A stretch of DNA of 64,000 nt from Octopus vulgaris (GCA_951406725.2 OX597823.1:3162001-3226000), one strand, 5' to 3'. Positions 1 to 13,660 are shown, counted from the first letter of the stretch. Made by a program: numbers and translations. Notes: generated by a model not told the origin, from the sequence alone.

Positions 1-493
1 TTGCATATGCCTGCGTTCACATTAACATGGCGATGTATAGCACATGGACCGCACCCCACTTACGATTCATTTTTTGAGGAGTTGATGGCCTTTGCCGAAC
101 AGCTGGTGTCGGAAAAAGATGGACGGAAGTAGTAAGAAAGTTGAGAATGAAAGGAGCCGGTCGGTCCAGACATAGAAGGATGAAAATAATTAGCAGAAGG
201 AAAGCAACTAACCCGAAAAAATACAGTTAAAAAATTATCATTTATATTTTTTATTTTATCATCCATTAAACCCATTCGCTTAATTTTGTGCAACGAGTGC
301 GTCTGACCCCTATATGTCCCTTGTCTGTCCTCGTTTGTCCCCTCTATGTATCCTTTTTATGGGAAATAAAGAAATTATGTATCCTGTTTAAAGAAAATTC
401 TTACACAACACAAAGAGAAAACGCCAAACAACAGCTGCTGCTGAACACTTTGCTGTGATTCGCTGATTTAATCACGTGATCTCTAAGTTGTAG

Positions 494-901
<408 letters not shown>

Positions 902-949
902 ACTGTGCAAGTTTTTCCAACTTCGTGGTCGTCACTAGCGACAAATCCC

Positions 950-965
950 GGCCCTTTTCAGGGCC
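950..965 (+). terminator. Histone 3' stem-loop of H4
   Basis: GGCCCTTTTCAGGGCC followed by ACTCA, about 50 nt after the stop codon; canonical SLBP-binding hairpin. Confidence 0.97.
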
Positions 966-1755
966 ACTCATATCCTAATGTAAGCCACCTCGCCCTCTTC
1001 GATATGCTTATTACTATTTTATTTTGTAACCTCAACGGAAGGATGGCCTTATCTTTCGTGACATTTCTTTATCTTCCCGTTTAATGTCTATTATGGACTG
1101 GTTTTCTGTATGAACTTAACCGTTGTTTTTCCTTTGCTATGTACAAAATGTGGCTGATGAAAATGCGTGGTATGCTTTTGTATGTCGTTAGAATAATTTT
1201 TCTTTTCTTGTGAACCCTATTTTCCGATATTCGGAGTAAATACATCGTTTTAGCTGTATATTAGCTTCATTCAAATGATTCATTAGAAAAAGAAGGTCGT
1301 CATTCCTCGGTGACGATCCTTGTTTTCTGTTTAAATATGCGAAATGTGGCTGTTGTTTCTAGCAGGTTCAGTGACCGCAAAAACATCAAATCATAATATG
1401 ATGTAATAGGTTTTTAATTTTCGAGCTTGATCGATACTTTTTCTCTCGTTTTGTTCTGGCAGGTTCGGACGTGAATGTCTTGTTTTAATCTCCCAAAACC
1501 TTATCGAAAACGTTATTTGTATAGATTGGTTCAGTGGATTCCAACCCGAAACACTTGGACAGCCAAAGATGTCCAAGCTGCAGACAATTCTTGTAAATTC
1601 CGACAGTGCAACATTTTCAGCTGATATCCAACTCCTTTACCCGGGAATTTCATTATTAAATAATTGTGAAAGCATTGGGTCAACAGTTACGGATTTCTTT
1701 CTTCTACGCACAAACATTGCTTGTAAAGATAACGTCTAAAACTGAAGTGATTGGA

Positions 1756-1967
1756 GGTACAACTTGAGAACAGTGGTCCCGGTGCGCATGCGCGCCAGCT
1801 AGTCATGACTAGTCGATCTTTACTTTGTTTTAAAAATTATTTACTTTTTTGTGTTTTATTTGTAAAAAAGTTATTTATTTTGTGTTTTTACCTTGCTAGG
1901 TAGTCATTGTAGGATCGACTAGCTTACACGAGTGCGCGCACCGGGAGCACTGTTCTCAAGTAGTACC
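1756..1967. mobile_element. MITE with long TIRs and a perfect 9-bp TSD (Merlin- or Mutator-like)
   Basis: GGTACAACTTGAGAACAGTGGTCCCGGTGCGC ... GCGCACCGGGAGCACTGTTCTCAAGTAGTACC, flanked by GTGATTGGA at 1747-1755 and 1968-1976. Confidence 0.88.
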
Positions 1968-2963
1968 GTGATTGGATATATTAGCAATAGTTATCTGATC
2001 GACCCGATTGGATTTCATGTGAGGCAAATAAAAGAAACTAAACGTCAAAGAACGAAGTCGATTCCAGCTGCAGAAGCCATTACTGCCATCTTTAAAGGGA
2101 GGTAACTAGACAGACATTTCGCGGGTTTTAGTTCCGTCGTCCGCCTTCTTACCCGAATGTGCTGTGCTGAGGGATTGAACCTGGAACCATGGTTGCGAAG
2201 TAAACTTCCTACTATATGGCACCGGGTTTTGATAATTATTTTTCATGTTGGCCAATTATTCTTGGACTTAATGGGTTAATTTAACTCTTTTTAATTCTCC
2301 GTGAATTAAATGAAAGCAACAAGAGCTGCTGGTTAGTTTATTTAGATTGGATAAAACGCCATTTAATACGACTGAATTTCATACTTCAATGGTTGATGTG
2401 GTGAATACATAAGATAGATTTGGTTGAGCAGTTTAATGTAATACCGATCCATGTTAGTGAACAAGTAAACCAGTTTTAAGCCTGCTAGCCATCAGATTAT
2501 CTCATAATTGAGATTAGGCTGGGCACGTGGGAGGTAGGTAACCTGACCATCTCCCAAAATGAAGACCTTGTCTACATCAACATAAGGGTACCATTTATAT
2601 GGCTTTTCAAAGTTTCTTATAAAATCGAAGTTGTTACAATTCAAAATTGATTATTTTAGTTGCGCTTATGTTTAAAATACTTCATGTTGCTCTCCCTTTC
2701 ACTTAAAACCACCAAAGAACCGAGTTATTTAATCATTTTCTCCAAACCACTTTTCTTATACAAAGATTCCAGTTTTCTGAATTTTTACAATTTGGCTCAT
2801 TGAAAAGTTTTAGTAATTAGGTCTTAACACTTCTGCAGGTTATTTCCCATCTCCAGGAGTTATGTCATCCAAATAGGTTAACTTATGAGAAGTAGTCGGA
2901 TTTGGAATTCACTTTGAGTCAATTTGCAGATCGATTCTCTTGTTTCTTAAACACAAAAACAAA

Positions 2964-3215
2964 CTGGCACTCCGTCGGTTACGACGACGAGTGTTCCAGT
3001 TGATCAACGGAACAGCCTGCTCGTGATTTTAACGTGCAAGTGGCTGAGTACTCCACTGACATGTGTATCCTCTGAGGGAGATTCACCATAACACAGACTG
3101 TCTCAAGGCTTGCTTTTTTAATTACAGGTTATCGCCAGCCGAGTGGACTGGAGCAATGTGAAATGACATCTTGCTTAAAGACAACACGCCATCACGTATC
3201 AAACTCCCAACCTTA
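2964..3215 (-). mobile_element. tRNA-derived SINE, family D (degenerate)
   Basis: Reverse complement of the 11163-11453 element (CTGGCACTCCGTCGGTTACGACGACGA... tail). Confidence 0.75.
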
Positions 3216-3744
3216 CAATCGCGACCCACTGAATTGCTTGCCTTCACTCTTGTTTCTACAAACTGGGAGGTGGGGGTTACAAAAGAAATTCCTCTGTATG
3301 GAATCAGCATTCACCTTCTTTTATAAAAAAGACTGCAGATTTACACTTGCTGAAATACAATGCCATCATTTTCAATTTGAAAATGAAGAATTTAGTAAAA
3401 TGTTGAATGGAACAAATTAGCATGAAATTTTGAAAGGTTTTCAAAACGAAGTTGGTATCATAAAACCCAAGAGTGGTATCAAAAGATTCTTCACTATGGC
3501 TATCTTCATCTCTACTCTGTGTTAATTCCTCTCAATTAATATACTCTAAATGAATAGCTTTTCAGACATCAAAAAATTCTCAAAGTGCTGTGGCATTTGT
3601 TACATGAAATTTTATGGAAACTCCTTTTCAGAGATCAGGCTGTCCTTTCAAAGAAAAGCCTGCTCAGCCATCACTGGAAAAATTTATTCTTAGTCTTCCT
3701 TTTCAGTTCAGCCCAGAGCTACAACACCATAATTATGCTAAATA

Positions 3745-3905
3745 GGTGCAGGTGTGTTGAGTTTGTTTTCCAACCACAGGGTTTCAGGTTCAGTCCCACT
3801 GCATAGCACATTAGACAAGTGCCTTCTTTATTCCCAGGCCAACCAAAAAAAGGCTTGTGTCTAGGTTTGATACACAAATTGAAAGGAGCCTGTCATGTAT
3901 ATGTG
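3745..3905 (+). mobile_element. tRNA-SINE family A head (degenerate)
   Basis: GGTGCAGGTGTG...CAACCACAGGGTTTCAGGTTCAGTCCCACTGC...CAAGTGCCTTCT matches other family A copies. Confidence 0.65.
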
Positions 3906-3911
3906 TTTCAC

Positions 3912-4523
3912 TGTCATACAGTGAGAAATGTTGGGCATAAGAAGCATTGGATGTGGCATGCAAGAGAGACTTTTGCGTTGGTTTGGTGATGTACTGTGGA
4001 TGGATGAGGAGAGCTGTGTGAAGAAGTGCCACTCCCAATCAGTGGAAGGAATCTGGGGTAGAGGGAGACCCAGGAAGACATGGGATGTGGTGGTGAAGCA
4101 TGTCTCTCAAATGTTGGGCCTCACAGAGGCAATGTCAAGAGACCGAGACCTCTGGAGGTATGCTGTGACTGAGAAGACCCGGCAAATAAAGTGCGTTCAC
4201 AGCTGTAACCTACACCTGTGTCGCATAACCAGCCCACTCAAAAGTACCTTGGATCGTAGGGCAACATGGAAATTGTCATCATGATCCCCGTGCTGGTGGC
4301 ACGTAAAAAGCACCAACTAATCGTGTTCAATGCCAGCCCACTCTGGCCTGTGCCAGTGGAATGTAAAAAGCACCCACTACACTCTCGGAGTGGTTGGCAT
4401 TAGGAAGGGCATCCAGCTGTAGAAACACTGCCAGATCAGACTGGACCCTGGTGCAGCCTAGACCCCAGTCAAACCGTCCAACCCATGCCAGCATGGAAAA
4501 TGGACATTAAACAATGATGATGA
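3912..4523 (+). mobile_element. RTE LINE 3' fragment
   Basis: Encodes ...QERLLRWFGDVLWMDEE...GRGRPRKTW...DRDLWR (RTE C-terminus), then the shared 3' UTR and (GAT)n tail. Confidence 0.9.
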
Positions 4524-7278
4524 TCCAACCAGTGTTGTCAAAGTAAATCTGTGGTTTAAATATATCGAACTGTCTCTATAGCTCTACCCTTGTCTTAGAC
4601 ATTTTTATTCCAATCTAGTATTTGTAAAGTAATCATCACCCTGTGGTCCCTTCCATAAATGAGAGTATGTCAGAAATACTGGCAAACACTGTGATATACT
4701 GTGTTTTCATATAATACAGCAGCATTAGAATATCTTCCAAGATTTTGCCTTAGTTTTCACATTCTTTGCCAAAAAGTCATTGTACATGTTTGCAGTTTTA
4801 TACTTTACCGTTCAACCAGAACTGATTATGCTTCAAAGTCTGATACAGTTTTGCAGCCAAAATTTTATCTCAAATTGTTATATTTTTCTCAATACAGAAA
4901 ACTAGCCATGACATGCCAATATAACTTCATCTGCAGCAGCAACAAACATCTTCAACTGGAATCATAAGGTTATAGTGTAAAAAGTTTACTTTTGTGATTT
5001 TAGTAATAAATACAAATTCTTTGGATTATTCGTAAGCTCTTCTTCAGGGACTTGAAAAACAAAAGAATCCTCTCTACTGCAAACTATGACTCCAAGAAAG
5101 CTTTTTTAGTCAAGAGGAAAAGTGATAGTCCCTTCACCTGTTCAAGCTTCCAAGACTGAGATGGAAGGCAGTTTCCTCATATTAGAACCACTTGCAACTG
5201 AGGAGGCTCTGCTAAAAGTATCCAAGGCATTAAACTTATCACTGAAATAGTCCCAGGGTGGCATTTCAATTCAGAACACAAAGCACCAGAGCAAATACTG
5301 TAAGGCATCTGGTCTGAAATTCTTACCACTCTGCCAAGACCTTGGAATGGTAGGCTTATTAACCCTTTGTTCCAGTGTGTAGAACCCATTGCTCTCATCT
5401 TCCACTGCTTAATTCCCCACCCTTTTTTTTTTCTTTGGTGGGGTTTTTTGTTTAACAATTCAATCTTTTACTTTTAATGCTTATATTTTTTCTTCCTGTA
5501 AAAATGTTAAAATCTATTTTCCTTAAAAGAAAAATAAAGTCGACTTCAGTAGGTTTTAAACTCAAAAGTTGGAACTGCCAGATATTGCCAAACCACCTTT
5601 AAGAACTTTCATATTCCCTTTTTGCTATGTTTGACAGGTTGTCATTGTCCAAGTCAGTCCTTTATTGGAGATCCTGTTCTTAGACAGGTTGGAGCATTCA
5701 TAGCTTCGTTTTAGGCTTTATTTTTACAGCCAATATCAAACTCGGTCACTGGGAACATTACATATTGTGCTCAAATCTTATTTGGCTTTGATAAAATGCA
5801 ATCAACATTTACCTTGGATGCTTTGAAGACAGGTCTGCATATCTTTTTTATCACATCTCCCAAAAAAAAGGAAACCCGAGTATACTGTTCCACTTGTAGT
5901 TATTTAGCACCAAGTTGCCTTCAAAGACATTCAAACTGACTTTTTCAGGAACTCTACAACTTAGATTACATTATCAGGAATATCTCAAGACAGAACAATT
6001 TGAGTGGAATTTAGCTATTCCTAGCATGTCAAGAGCTCAACTTGAATGTCTGGAATATTTAGAGAAAAAACGGTGGAGGGGTAGGAGTCGAGATAATGCT
6101 CAAGGAGTCAATTTAAGGCATAATATTGAAAAATATTAAAAAAAACATCAATACATATGAGAGTAACAAAGAAACGAGGAAGTGGTCGTGGGATGTGCTA
6201 GAAACAACAGCCAAATCTCCCTTAAATCACACCTTTTCGCTTGAAAATTTAGATGGTTTTAAGTATGTAGTGCCAAAATAATTGGCCCAGAAGAGAATGG
6301 AGTTAAAATGTTCATATAAGGATGAAAAAAATCCGTCAAAACGGAGAAAAATTCAAATTCTTAAGGTGTCCTTATCCGAAACTCAACCGAAAATTGGAAA
6401 AAAAAAAAAAAAACAGATGTCAGAGTTATTAAGTAACCGGTTGGGTGGAGGGCACATAGTAATCCCAGATTCAATTGGAAAAAATATATATACAAACGGC
6501 ATTAAAATAAGCGATTTCTATATTAACAGTTCTAGAATTTTGCCAGTATTAAGGTTAGCGAAGGTATTGTAGTGTCAGGCCACACTTACACCTATATTTA
6601 TGTAGAGAATTTGTAAAATGAAAGTAATTATTCCACTGCCGTCTATATTCCGGCGTGATGTTGCTAGACATTTCTTCATTATTGCGGCGGGTTGAGGGAA
6701 CTGGTGGTTGAAAATGCTTTATAGAAATGAAAACTTAACAAAAATAGTAAGTTAAAATAGGAGATAAAAATACCTCCAATTTTATTTTTTATCCACATCG
6801 CTATTCAACTTTTCAGAAGAAGTGAGGAGTGTCTTTGCACAAATACATCAAGTTTTATCACATCGATAGAAAAATAGTTTTTTTTCAGTCACTAAGATTC
6901 AGTTTATACATAAAAAAAAGTATTCGAGATGAAAAATTTAGGATAGAACAGTTCGTTATATCGACCCAGAAGTATGAATAGCGAAGTCGAACACAGCTGG
7001 GTTTGATCTCAAAACGTGAAAGGCCAGGAAATAAAGAAAACGCTCCAATGATAGATTCAGTTTTATGACCGACTACGTTGAAGATAGGCATTTAAAATGA
7101 TCTGAATTCATTGTAGATGAATAAAATGTTATGATTATTGGTTTCAAATATTTTACATTTCAGGAATGGAAAAAAAACAAATATAGATGAATGTTCAAAT
7201 AGCTTTAAAAAATTTCGGACTTTGCTCAGCTCATATAATGATAATTAGACCAAGTCGACTAACTTTGAAATGTTAAAT

Positions 7279-7294
7279 GGCCCTGAAAAGGGCC
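7279..7294 (-). terminator. Histone 3' stem-loop of H2B
   Basis: Plus-strand GGCCCTGAAAAGGGCC equals GGCCCTTTTCAGGGCC on the minus strand, about 30 nt after the H2B stop. Confidence 0.97.
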
Positions 7295-7322
7295 GTTGTC
7301 AAAGACAGTAGAATAGTTTTAT

Positions 7323-7700
7323 CTACTTGCTGCTGGTGTATTTGGTGACAGCCTTGGTACCTTCAGAGACGGCGTGTTTGGCCAACTCACCAGGGAGAAG
7401 CAGACGGACAGCAGTCTGCACCTCACGGCTACTGATGGTCGAACGTTTGTTGTAGTGAGCCAAACGGCTGGCTTCAGAAGCGATTCTTTCGAACAAATCG
7501 TTGACAAAACTGTTCATGATGGACATAGCTTTGCTGGAGATGCCAGTGTCGGGGTGGACTTGTTTCATTACTTTGTAGATGTAGATGGAATAACTTTCCT
7601 TCCTCTTCTTCTTGCGCTTCTTGTCTCCGGGGGGACGTGAAGCTTTGGCCTTCGAAGCCTTCTTGGCTCCTTTCGAAGCGGTAGCTGGTGCTGGTGGCAT
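7323..7700 (-). CDS. H2B: Histone H2B, 125 aa
   Basis: [15 protein letters not shown]...[26 protein letters not shown]...[16 protein letters not shown]. Confidence 0.99.
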   Translation of the reverse strand: MPPAPATASKGAKKASKAKASRPPGDKKRKKKRKESYSIYIYKVMKQVHPDTGISSKAMSIMNSFVNDLFERIASEASRLAHYNKRSTISSREVQTAVRLLLPGELAKHAVSEGTKAVTKYTSSK

Positions 7701-8000
7701 TGTATACGTGTCAACAGCTTTCTCTCAGTATTTATATAAACTATGGTAGGCTCCAGACGAGTCTACTCTTACAAAGCAATTTTATTGGCTAAACGTCTTA
7801 CACCAATAAATGATATCATGTGACCGATTGTAGCTTTCAATTTAATTGGTTAAAATAGTGATGACGTAACAGATAGCGAGTTGAGCCACTTTATGCTTAT
7901 TTAAGCCAAGTAGGCAGTATTCTTCTTGTTGCTAGCTTCGTGGTAGTTTCATTCGTAATTACTCGTACCGTTTAGTTACATCATTCAATCTCTATAGAAA
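7701..8000. promoter_or_regulatory. Bidirectional H2A/H2B promoter
   Basis: 300-bp gap between divergent ATGs. Contains TTTATATAAA (7731-7740), several CCAAT/ATTGG boxes (about 7785, 7803, 7845), a CRE-like TGACGTAA (7862-7869) and TATTTAAG (about 7898). Confidence 0.85.
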
Positions 8001-8378
8001 ATGTCTGGTCGTGGTAAAGGAGGTAAAGTGAAGGGAAAGAGCAAGACCCGTTCATCCCGTGCTGGACTTCAGTTCCCTGTCGGACGTATCCACCGTCTTC
8101 TCCGCAAAGGAAATTATGCTGAACGTGTTGGTGCCGGAGCCCCAGTCTACCTGGCTGCTGTGATGGAATATTTGGCTGCCGAAGTGTTGGAATTGGCAGG
8201 AAATGCTGCCAGAGACAACAAGAAATCCAGAATTATTCCCCGTCATTTACAGTTGGCCATCCGTAACGACGAAGAATTGAACAAGCTTTTGTCTGGAGTG
8301 ACCATCGCCCAGGGTGGTGTTCTTCCCAACATCCAGGCTGTTCTTCTCCCCAAGAAGACCCAGAAGGCTTCCAGTTAA
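8001..8378 (+). CDS. H2A: Histone H2A, 125 aa
   Basis: [39 protein letters not shown]...[12 protein letters not shown]; no SQE/DY H2A.X tail. Confidence 0.99.
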   Translation: MSGRGKGGKVKGKSKTRSSRAGLQFPVGRIHRLLRKGNYAERVGAGAPVYLAAVMEYLAAEVLELAGNAARDNKKSRIIPRHLQLAIRNDEELNKLLSGVTIAQGGVLPNIQAVLLPKKTQKASS

Positions 8379-8412
8379 TCTCTCCCTTGGAACTACAGCA
8401 TATCGAATATTT

Positions 8413-8430
8413 GGCTCTTTTTTTAGGACC
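8413..8430 (+). terminator. Degenerate histone stem-loop of H2A
   Basis: GGCTCT-TTTTTT-AGGACC at the expected position: one C.A mismatch, one U.G wobble and a 6-nt loop instead of 4. Confidence 0.65.
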
Positions 8431-11162
8431 ATCTGTATTTATGGACGATCTCGAGTTGATTTATGCGTTTGTAGTTGAGGAATGATTTTGGTCTGTGGAA
8501 CGACTCTTGGAGTCGCAGGAAGAATAATTCCATCGCTTAAAGATAGCAGAACTAATTACTCCGTCTGTCGGAGGTAAGAGAGACGTTCATGTGTGAACAA
8601 TGACTTTATTTCTGAATGTATATTTACAGGAAGGTCTCTTTTGTAAATAACCAACATAAAATATTGTAATAAAACGATTTTTCATTCCATTCTGTTTAGA
8701 GGAGACGGACTCTGTGCTCGTTATTTAAACCCGTCAATAAATGATTAATACATTTGATTCATTATCCTTAAATCCCTTCTCTTTTTTTTTTTTCACATTT
8801 AGTTTGTCTGTTAAAATATCTCTACGGTGCTGAACTAAAATGAAAAAAGCTTTCGTGTGACTTATTCTTTTTGAATGATATACGGAGATATTTATAAGAG
8901 ATTTCTGATTAAAGGTGGTTCGACCTATAGATAGATATCTAGAATAATCTAATTGATATTAATAATTTATCGTGGCTACCTTACAAGATAACTGTTCTAT
9001 ATTTCATTCTAGTTTATCTTTCACTATCAAACCATATATATATATATATTACAACAGCCCTCCCTCGGTTTCTCATGGTCTTGTTTTAAATCGAAATATT
9101 GTCTTTAATGAGTTACTAGTGAAACGAATTTTTTTTTTATTAAAGCCAGTCTATGCCATCAATTATTCGCGATTTAATGAAACGATATTTTCTTGGGGTT
9201 TTTTTTTTTTCATCAATATTATGAAAATTGATATGTAATAGGCTAGAATTTTTTTTAATTTTTCATAAATTGCATCATTCAGCTTTTTTTTTTATTATTA
9301 ATAAAAAATGTTCACCTGTAATCGTCGTCCACACCTTTTTGATAATCCGCCGGAATTTCATGAAAGGAAAAAAAAAATTTACAAAGTTGAGGAAGTGAAA
9401 ATTAATAAAACTTATTGTAAATCTATTTTCAAACCCTAAAAGAATAGTTTGTGAATGTGTTTGGCGGTGGAAGTTTGATTTTAACATTTTTTTTTTTTTA
9501 AATTAAAAACTGAATTTTTCAACCTTAATATTATTTATCGGTTAATATAAAAATCTTCAGCCAGGAACAAAAATTTTAGAAAACTCAGTTTTTCAGTGTA
9601 TTTACGCTTAACTTTTAAATTCATTTACTTAAAGAACATTGTTTCACCTGTAATGAATGGTGTTTTAGGGAGGGCAGATCTTACTAGAAAATTATATTGA
9701 GATGTGTAAGTTGACCATAAAAAATATACATCCAAGACACTCGTCTTCAGCAGACTCCGTTTTATTATTTCTGTTTCGTGGTGAAATGTAAAAGTCCCCC
9801 TCGGTGAAAATAGTACAAATAATGATTACTGATCTCTTAACATTGGCCTTCAATAAATAAGTCTGGTCTGTTAATGACTTGTATGTAGCGAACCGGGTTT
9901 TCCTGTGAGCCAGTGCTGCTATATATATGAAAGGTAATTTGTGAGAGTAGATTTAGTGGTGTGAAACTTGCATATGCTAGAAATAGCAGTAAAACTCTAC
10001 CCTAGATATCTTTTTTGAGACCTAAAAGTGTCTAGGAAATCTTAATATGGGATTGAAAGCAGTATATATTCTGCTCTCGGTTGGTGTACAAAATGGATAT
10101 TTTTGACCGTGATGGTCACTTCTTAGACTTGCTGACCTACAGATATCTGAAATAAAGACCAAAGTTGTGAAGCTGGTAGTTTCCTAATGAGAAAAGTTTG
10201 AACTTGTAATCTGCGTCAGAAAGACAAAAAAAAAAAAAACGGTTCATAAATTTGAAATGAATTTCAGATTTTTAAAAAAAAAAGTCTAAACGTTAAATCT
10301 GTCTTCGCATTCAAATTTATAAATTTTTCTATGTTTTGGTAGAATTTAACACTTGGTTTTACAGAAACCATGGGGTTTCTTGTGATTCTCCTTTTCCAGT
10401 TTCATTTCAACCCTTGGTTCCAGCTTTTGCAAACTAATCCCGGCTCAATTGTCCTGCGTTTGAAAACAGCATTGTGTGATAGATGAGATTTGGCTGTTAT
10501 TTCTAGCAACCCTTTCCCTCAGCTGAGTCCTAAAGACAGTCTGATTGTACAGTAAAGGAAATTAAATGAAAGTCTAAGAAACACCACATTCTTGGCTCAA
10601 GAACAAACGTTTGACCTATAAAATGGCAGCTAAATTTCTTAAAACTCCTTTAAAAGGGAAGCCTTGATAGATCATCGTCGAATAAAACAAACGCTTTAAA
10701 ATTAATAAATCACATACTCCAAAGGGACACGGTATAAGGTCCCTAACGACGTTAAATCTGTTTCTAAATTTTCAAGATTCTTAATGTGAACTTGTGGGTT
10801 GACAAGCTTTGTATTCCGAGAGGCTCATTGTGCCAATAATACAAGCTCTGCTTCTATTTCACTTCTTTTCATTTAAATTCGCAGCAAATATGGATGTTCT
10901 CCAAAGGTTAGCTGAGGCCCTTAACGTAGTGTTTCTTTCATATCTAAGATAGTATTGCTATTGTACGTAGGCCCCCAAAACCGCAAAAGGATCAACTTTC
11001 CGATTGGTACGAAATAATTCAAAAAACTCCTCCAGCCGTTGACTCCCGCGGATTAGCTCTGTCTCCTCTCACAACCACTACTCTAATGCTCTCTGCTCCA
11101 TGGAACCAGCTGGGCTCGCACCCCTTCCATTCAGCCATTCCCATCCCTTTCAACTCTCTTAT

Positions 11163-11453
11163 CGGTTAGAGTGTTTGGCTCACGATCGTAAATCGTGAGT
11201 TCGATTCCCGGCGGCGCGTTGTGTCCTTGAGCAAGACACTTTATTTCACATTGCTCCAGTCTCCTCACCTGGCAAAAACGAGTTGTACCTGTAATTCAAA
11301 GGGCCAGCCTTGTCACGCTGATTCTCCTTGAGCACTACATTAAGGGTACACGTCTCTGGAGTACTCAGCCATTTGCACGTTAATTTCCCAAGCAGGTTGT
11401 TCCGTTGATCGGATCAACTGGAACCCTCGTCATCATAACCGACGGAGTGTCAG
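11163..11453 (+). mobile_element. tRNA-derived SINE, family D
   Basis: tRNA-like head with B box GAGTTCGATTCC, a CORE-like GTCCTTGAGCAAGACACT, and tail ...CCGACGGAGTGTCAG followed by a T run. Confidence 0.85.
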
Positions 11454-11577
11454 TCTTTTTTTTTTTTTAATCTCTTGGCCTTGTCTCCAACCCTCTTGGC
11501 CAACCACTGACCCAGTATGCCCAGATCTCTGTCTTTCCAGTAGGTGTTGATATCGAAGTTCAATAACCTATCAATTT

Positions 11578-11728
11578 CAGTGGTCCGCAACTTTTTTTTT
11601 CTTTTTCTTTTTTCAAAATTCGGCGGCACCCCTGAACTGAGGAAAAACTATATTCGGGTTACACTGCTGCGCGCATAGCATCGCCTCGTGACACCATTGT
11701 GCCGCGGCATACCGGTTGCGGAGCATTG
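11578..11728. mobile_element. hAT-type MITE (degenerate)
   Basis: CAGTGGTCCGCAAC ... GTTGCGGAGCATTG termini; right flank GTCTAGAT resembles the hAT/Charlie nTCTAGAn target; TSD not recovered. Confidence 0.55.
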
Positions 11729-13280
11729 GTCTAGATTAGGTAGAAGGCCTGTAGAAGCTATGGGCGCGACCCCTTCAGACCCCGCAAAAAAACCCCCACT
11801 TTCTATTGATAATCTGGCGTATTTCTTGGATAGGTAAATAGTGCTTCATTCTAGTGAGAACGTACACCTGTGTGTGTATATTATGTATGGACCTATGTAA
11901 ATACACACTGGCTGCGTTTGTGTTAATCCATTTCCCAAATCTTTTATATTTCAGTTCTGGACCATTTCATTGTGTTATTAAAATGGGTAACAACCATGCG
12001 ATCCTGTGAATAATTTTCCACCTTGAAATTTTGATCCTAGTCCAGTGTCTTACTTTCTTGAAACCATTTCGTTTTCCGTTTTTTTAAATTTTTTTTCCTG
12101 TCTAACGCCTACTTCCAGGTCTTGACCTGCTAGAAATGGCAGCCGAATATCCTTCAAAGGATGGTACAGAATAGACATTTTAAAGAAATATAGAAGCGTT
12201 AATTATTGAAATAGTTATTGAGATAACTCTTAAACGTTTATTTTAAAAAAAGTATTGAAATAATTCTAACGAAATATTGTCCACTACTTGGTAAAAGCGA
12301 CGTGTAGCTCTATTGGGTGGGGGCAGAGGGGTTTGACAAGCTGAAGTTCAACTGTAAAAAGTAAAATTGTTTTGGTGAAGACGAAAATGAGCATCACCGA
12401 AATTTTTAATAAAATTTCATTGAAATGATAGACTTTCGAGTATACCTGTTGTGACTTGTCTTAAGTAAATATGTTGACGTTAACAAATTTGGTTACCAAA
12501 TGGTTGGAAGACCTTTGCTAAACAATATATATTGTTTAATATTCTTTGTGACTTTATTTTTTGTGTGAACTTTAATTATTAGTGTGTATACAGTACACGG
12601 CAATCTTTCGGTCTATGATCACAAACTGAAGGTTTCCAACATCAGATATTTCAATTTTGCCAAAGAAAACAGCTTTATAAATTTTCAGTTTAACTATTTT
12701 TCGAAAAAAAAATGTGAGGGGTGGAGTGGGAGATTCCACCCTTAAAAATATGGAGATGACGACTCTGAAAAAGAAAATTTTTTTCAGTATGTAAAACGGT
12801 GAGGAAAAGTGAAAATAAGTTCTACTTAGAAATGGAAGTTATTGTAGATAAAAATTGTTGGTTAATTTCTTAGTTTGTTGGTGCATGAAGTGATTTTTAG
12901 ATGAGTGAAGGATGTAATGAACTAAATGGCAAAAGAAGTGGCGCTTGTGTGCAGAGAAGAAAGAAAAGCCAAGGTGCACTTGGCAGTTGGACCATTGGAA
13001 CCCAATCTCTGCTTGTTTGAGTTAAGATCAGGCACTTTTTTCTTCTTCATGAGAACTCTCATGTTCGTCAGTGTACAAAGATATTAACCAAAGTAAAGCC
13101 AGTTTATTTTCCTGTCTACTTTTTCGACCACAGATATAAGCAGAGTTTCATAGTGATGTTTTTTTACGTCACCTCTTTTGTTAGCTGTATTATTTGAATA
13201 CCAAGTGCAAAGAATCCTACACTGTAACCTGGCCTTTAAGAGATTTCAACCAAATCTTTCTCAAAAAATATTTAAATATG

Positions 13281-13660
13281 TAGGTGTTGGTGTGGCTGTG
13301 TGGTAAGACACTTGCTTCCCAGCCTCATTGTTCTGGGTTCACCCCACTGCATGGCACCTTGGACAAGTGTCTTCTACTATAGCATTGAGCTGACCCAAGC
13401 CTTGTGAGTGAACTTGGTAGATAGAAACTGAAAGAAGCCCATTGTATATGTGTTTGTACTCTGCCTACTACTTGACAACCAGTGTTGGTGTGTTTACATC
13501 CCCATAAGTCAGTAGTTCAGCAAAATAGACCAATATAGTAAGTACCAGGTTTTACAAAAAATATATGCACTGGGTCAATTCATTTGACCAAAAATTCTTC
13601 AAAGCAGGGCCCCAGCATGGCCACAGTCTAATGACAGAATCAAGTAAAAGATAAAAGATA
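13281..13660 (+). mobile_element. tRNA-SINE family A, full length
   Basis: GTGGCTGTGTGGTAAG A box, GGGTTCA B box, CCTTGGACAAGTG core, and tail CCCCAGCATGGCCACAGTC...CAAGTAAAAGATAAAAGAT. Confidence 0.85.

Noticed and set aside
4700-6140. Short ORFs between H4 and H2B as possible H1/H3 or other genes
   Set aside because: No histone-fold, H1 or other recognisable motif in any frame examined.
11163-11215. tRNA genes at SINE heads (also 13290, 18100, 29450)
   Set aside because: A/B boxes continue into SINE bodies and no complete cloverleaf is evident.
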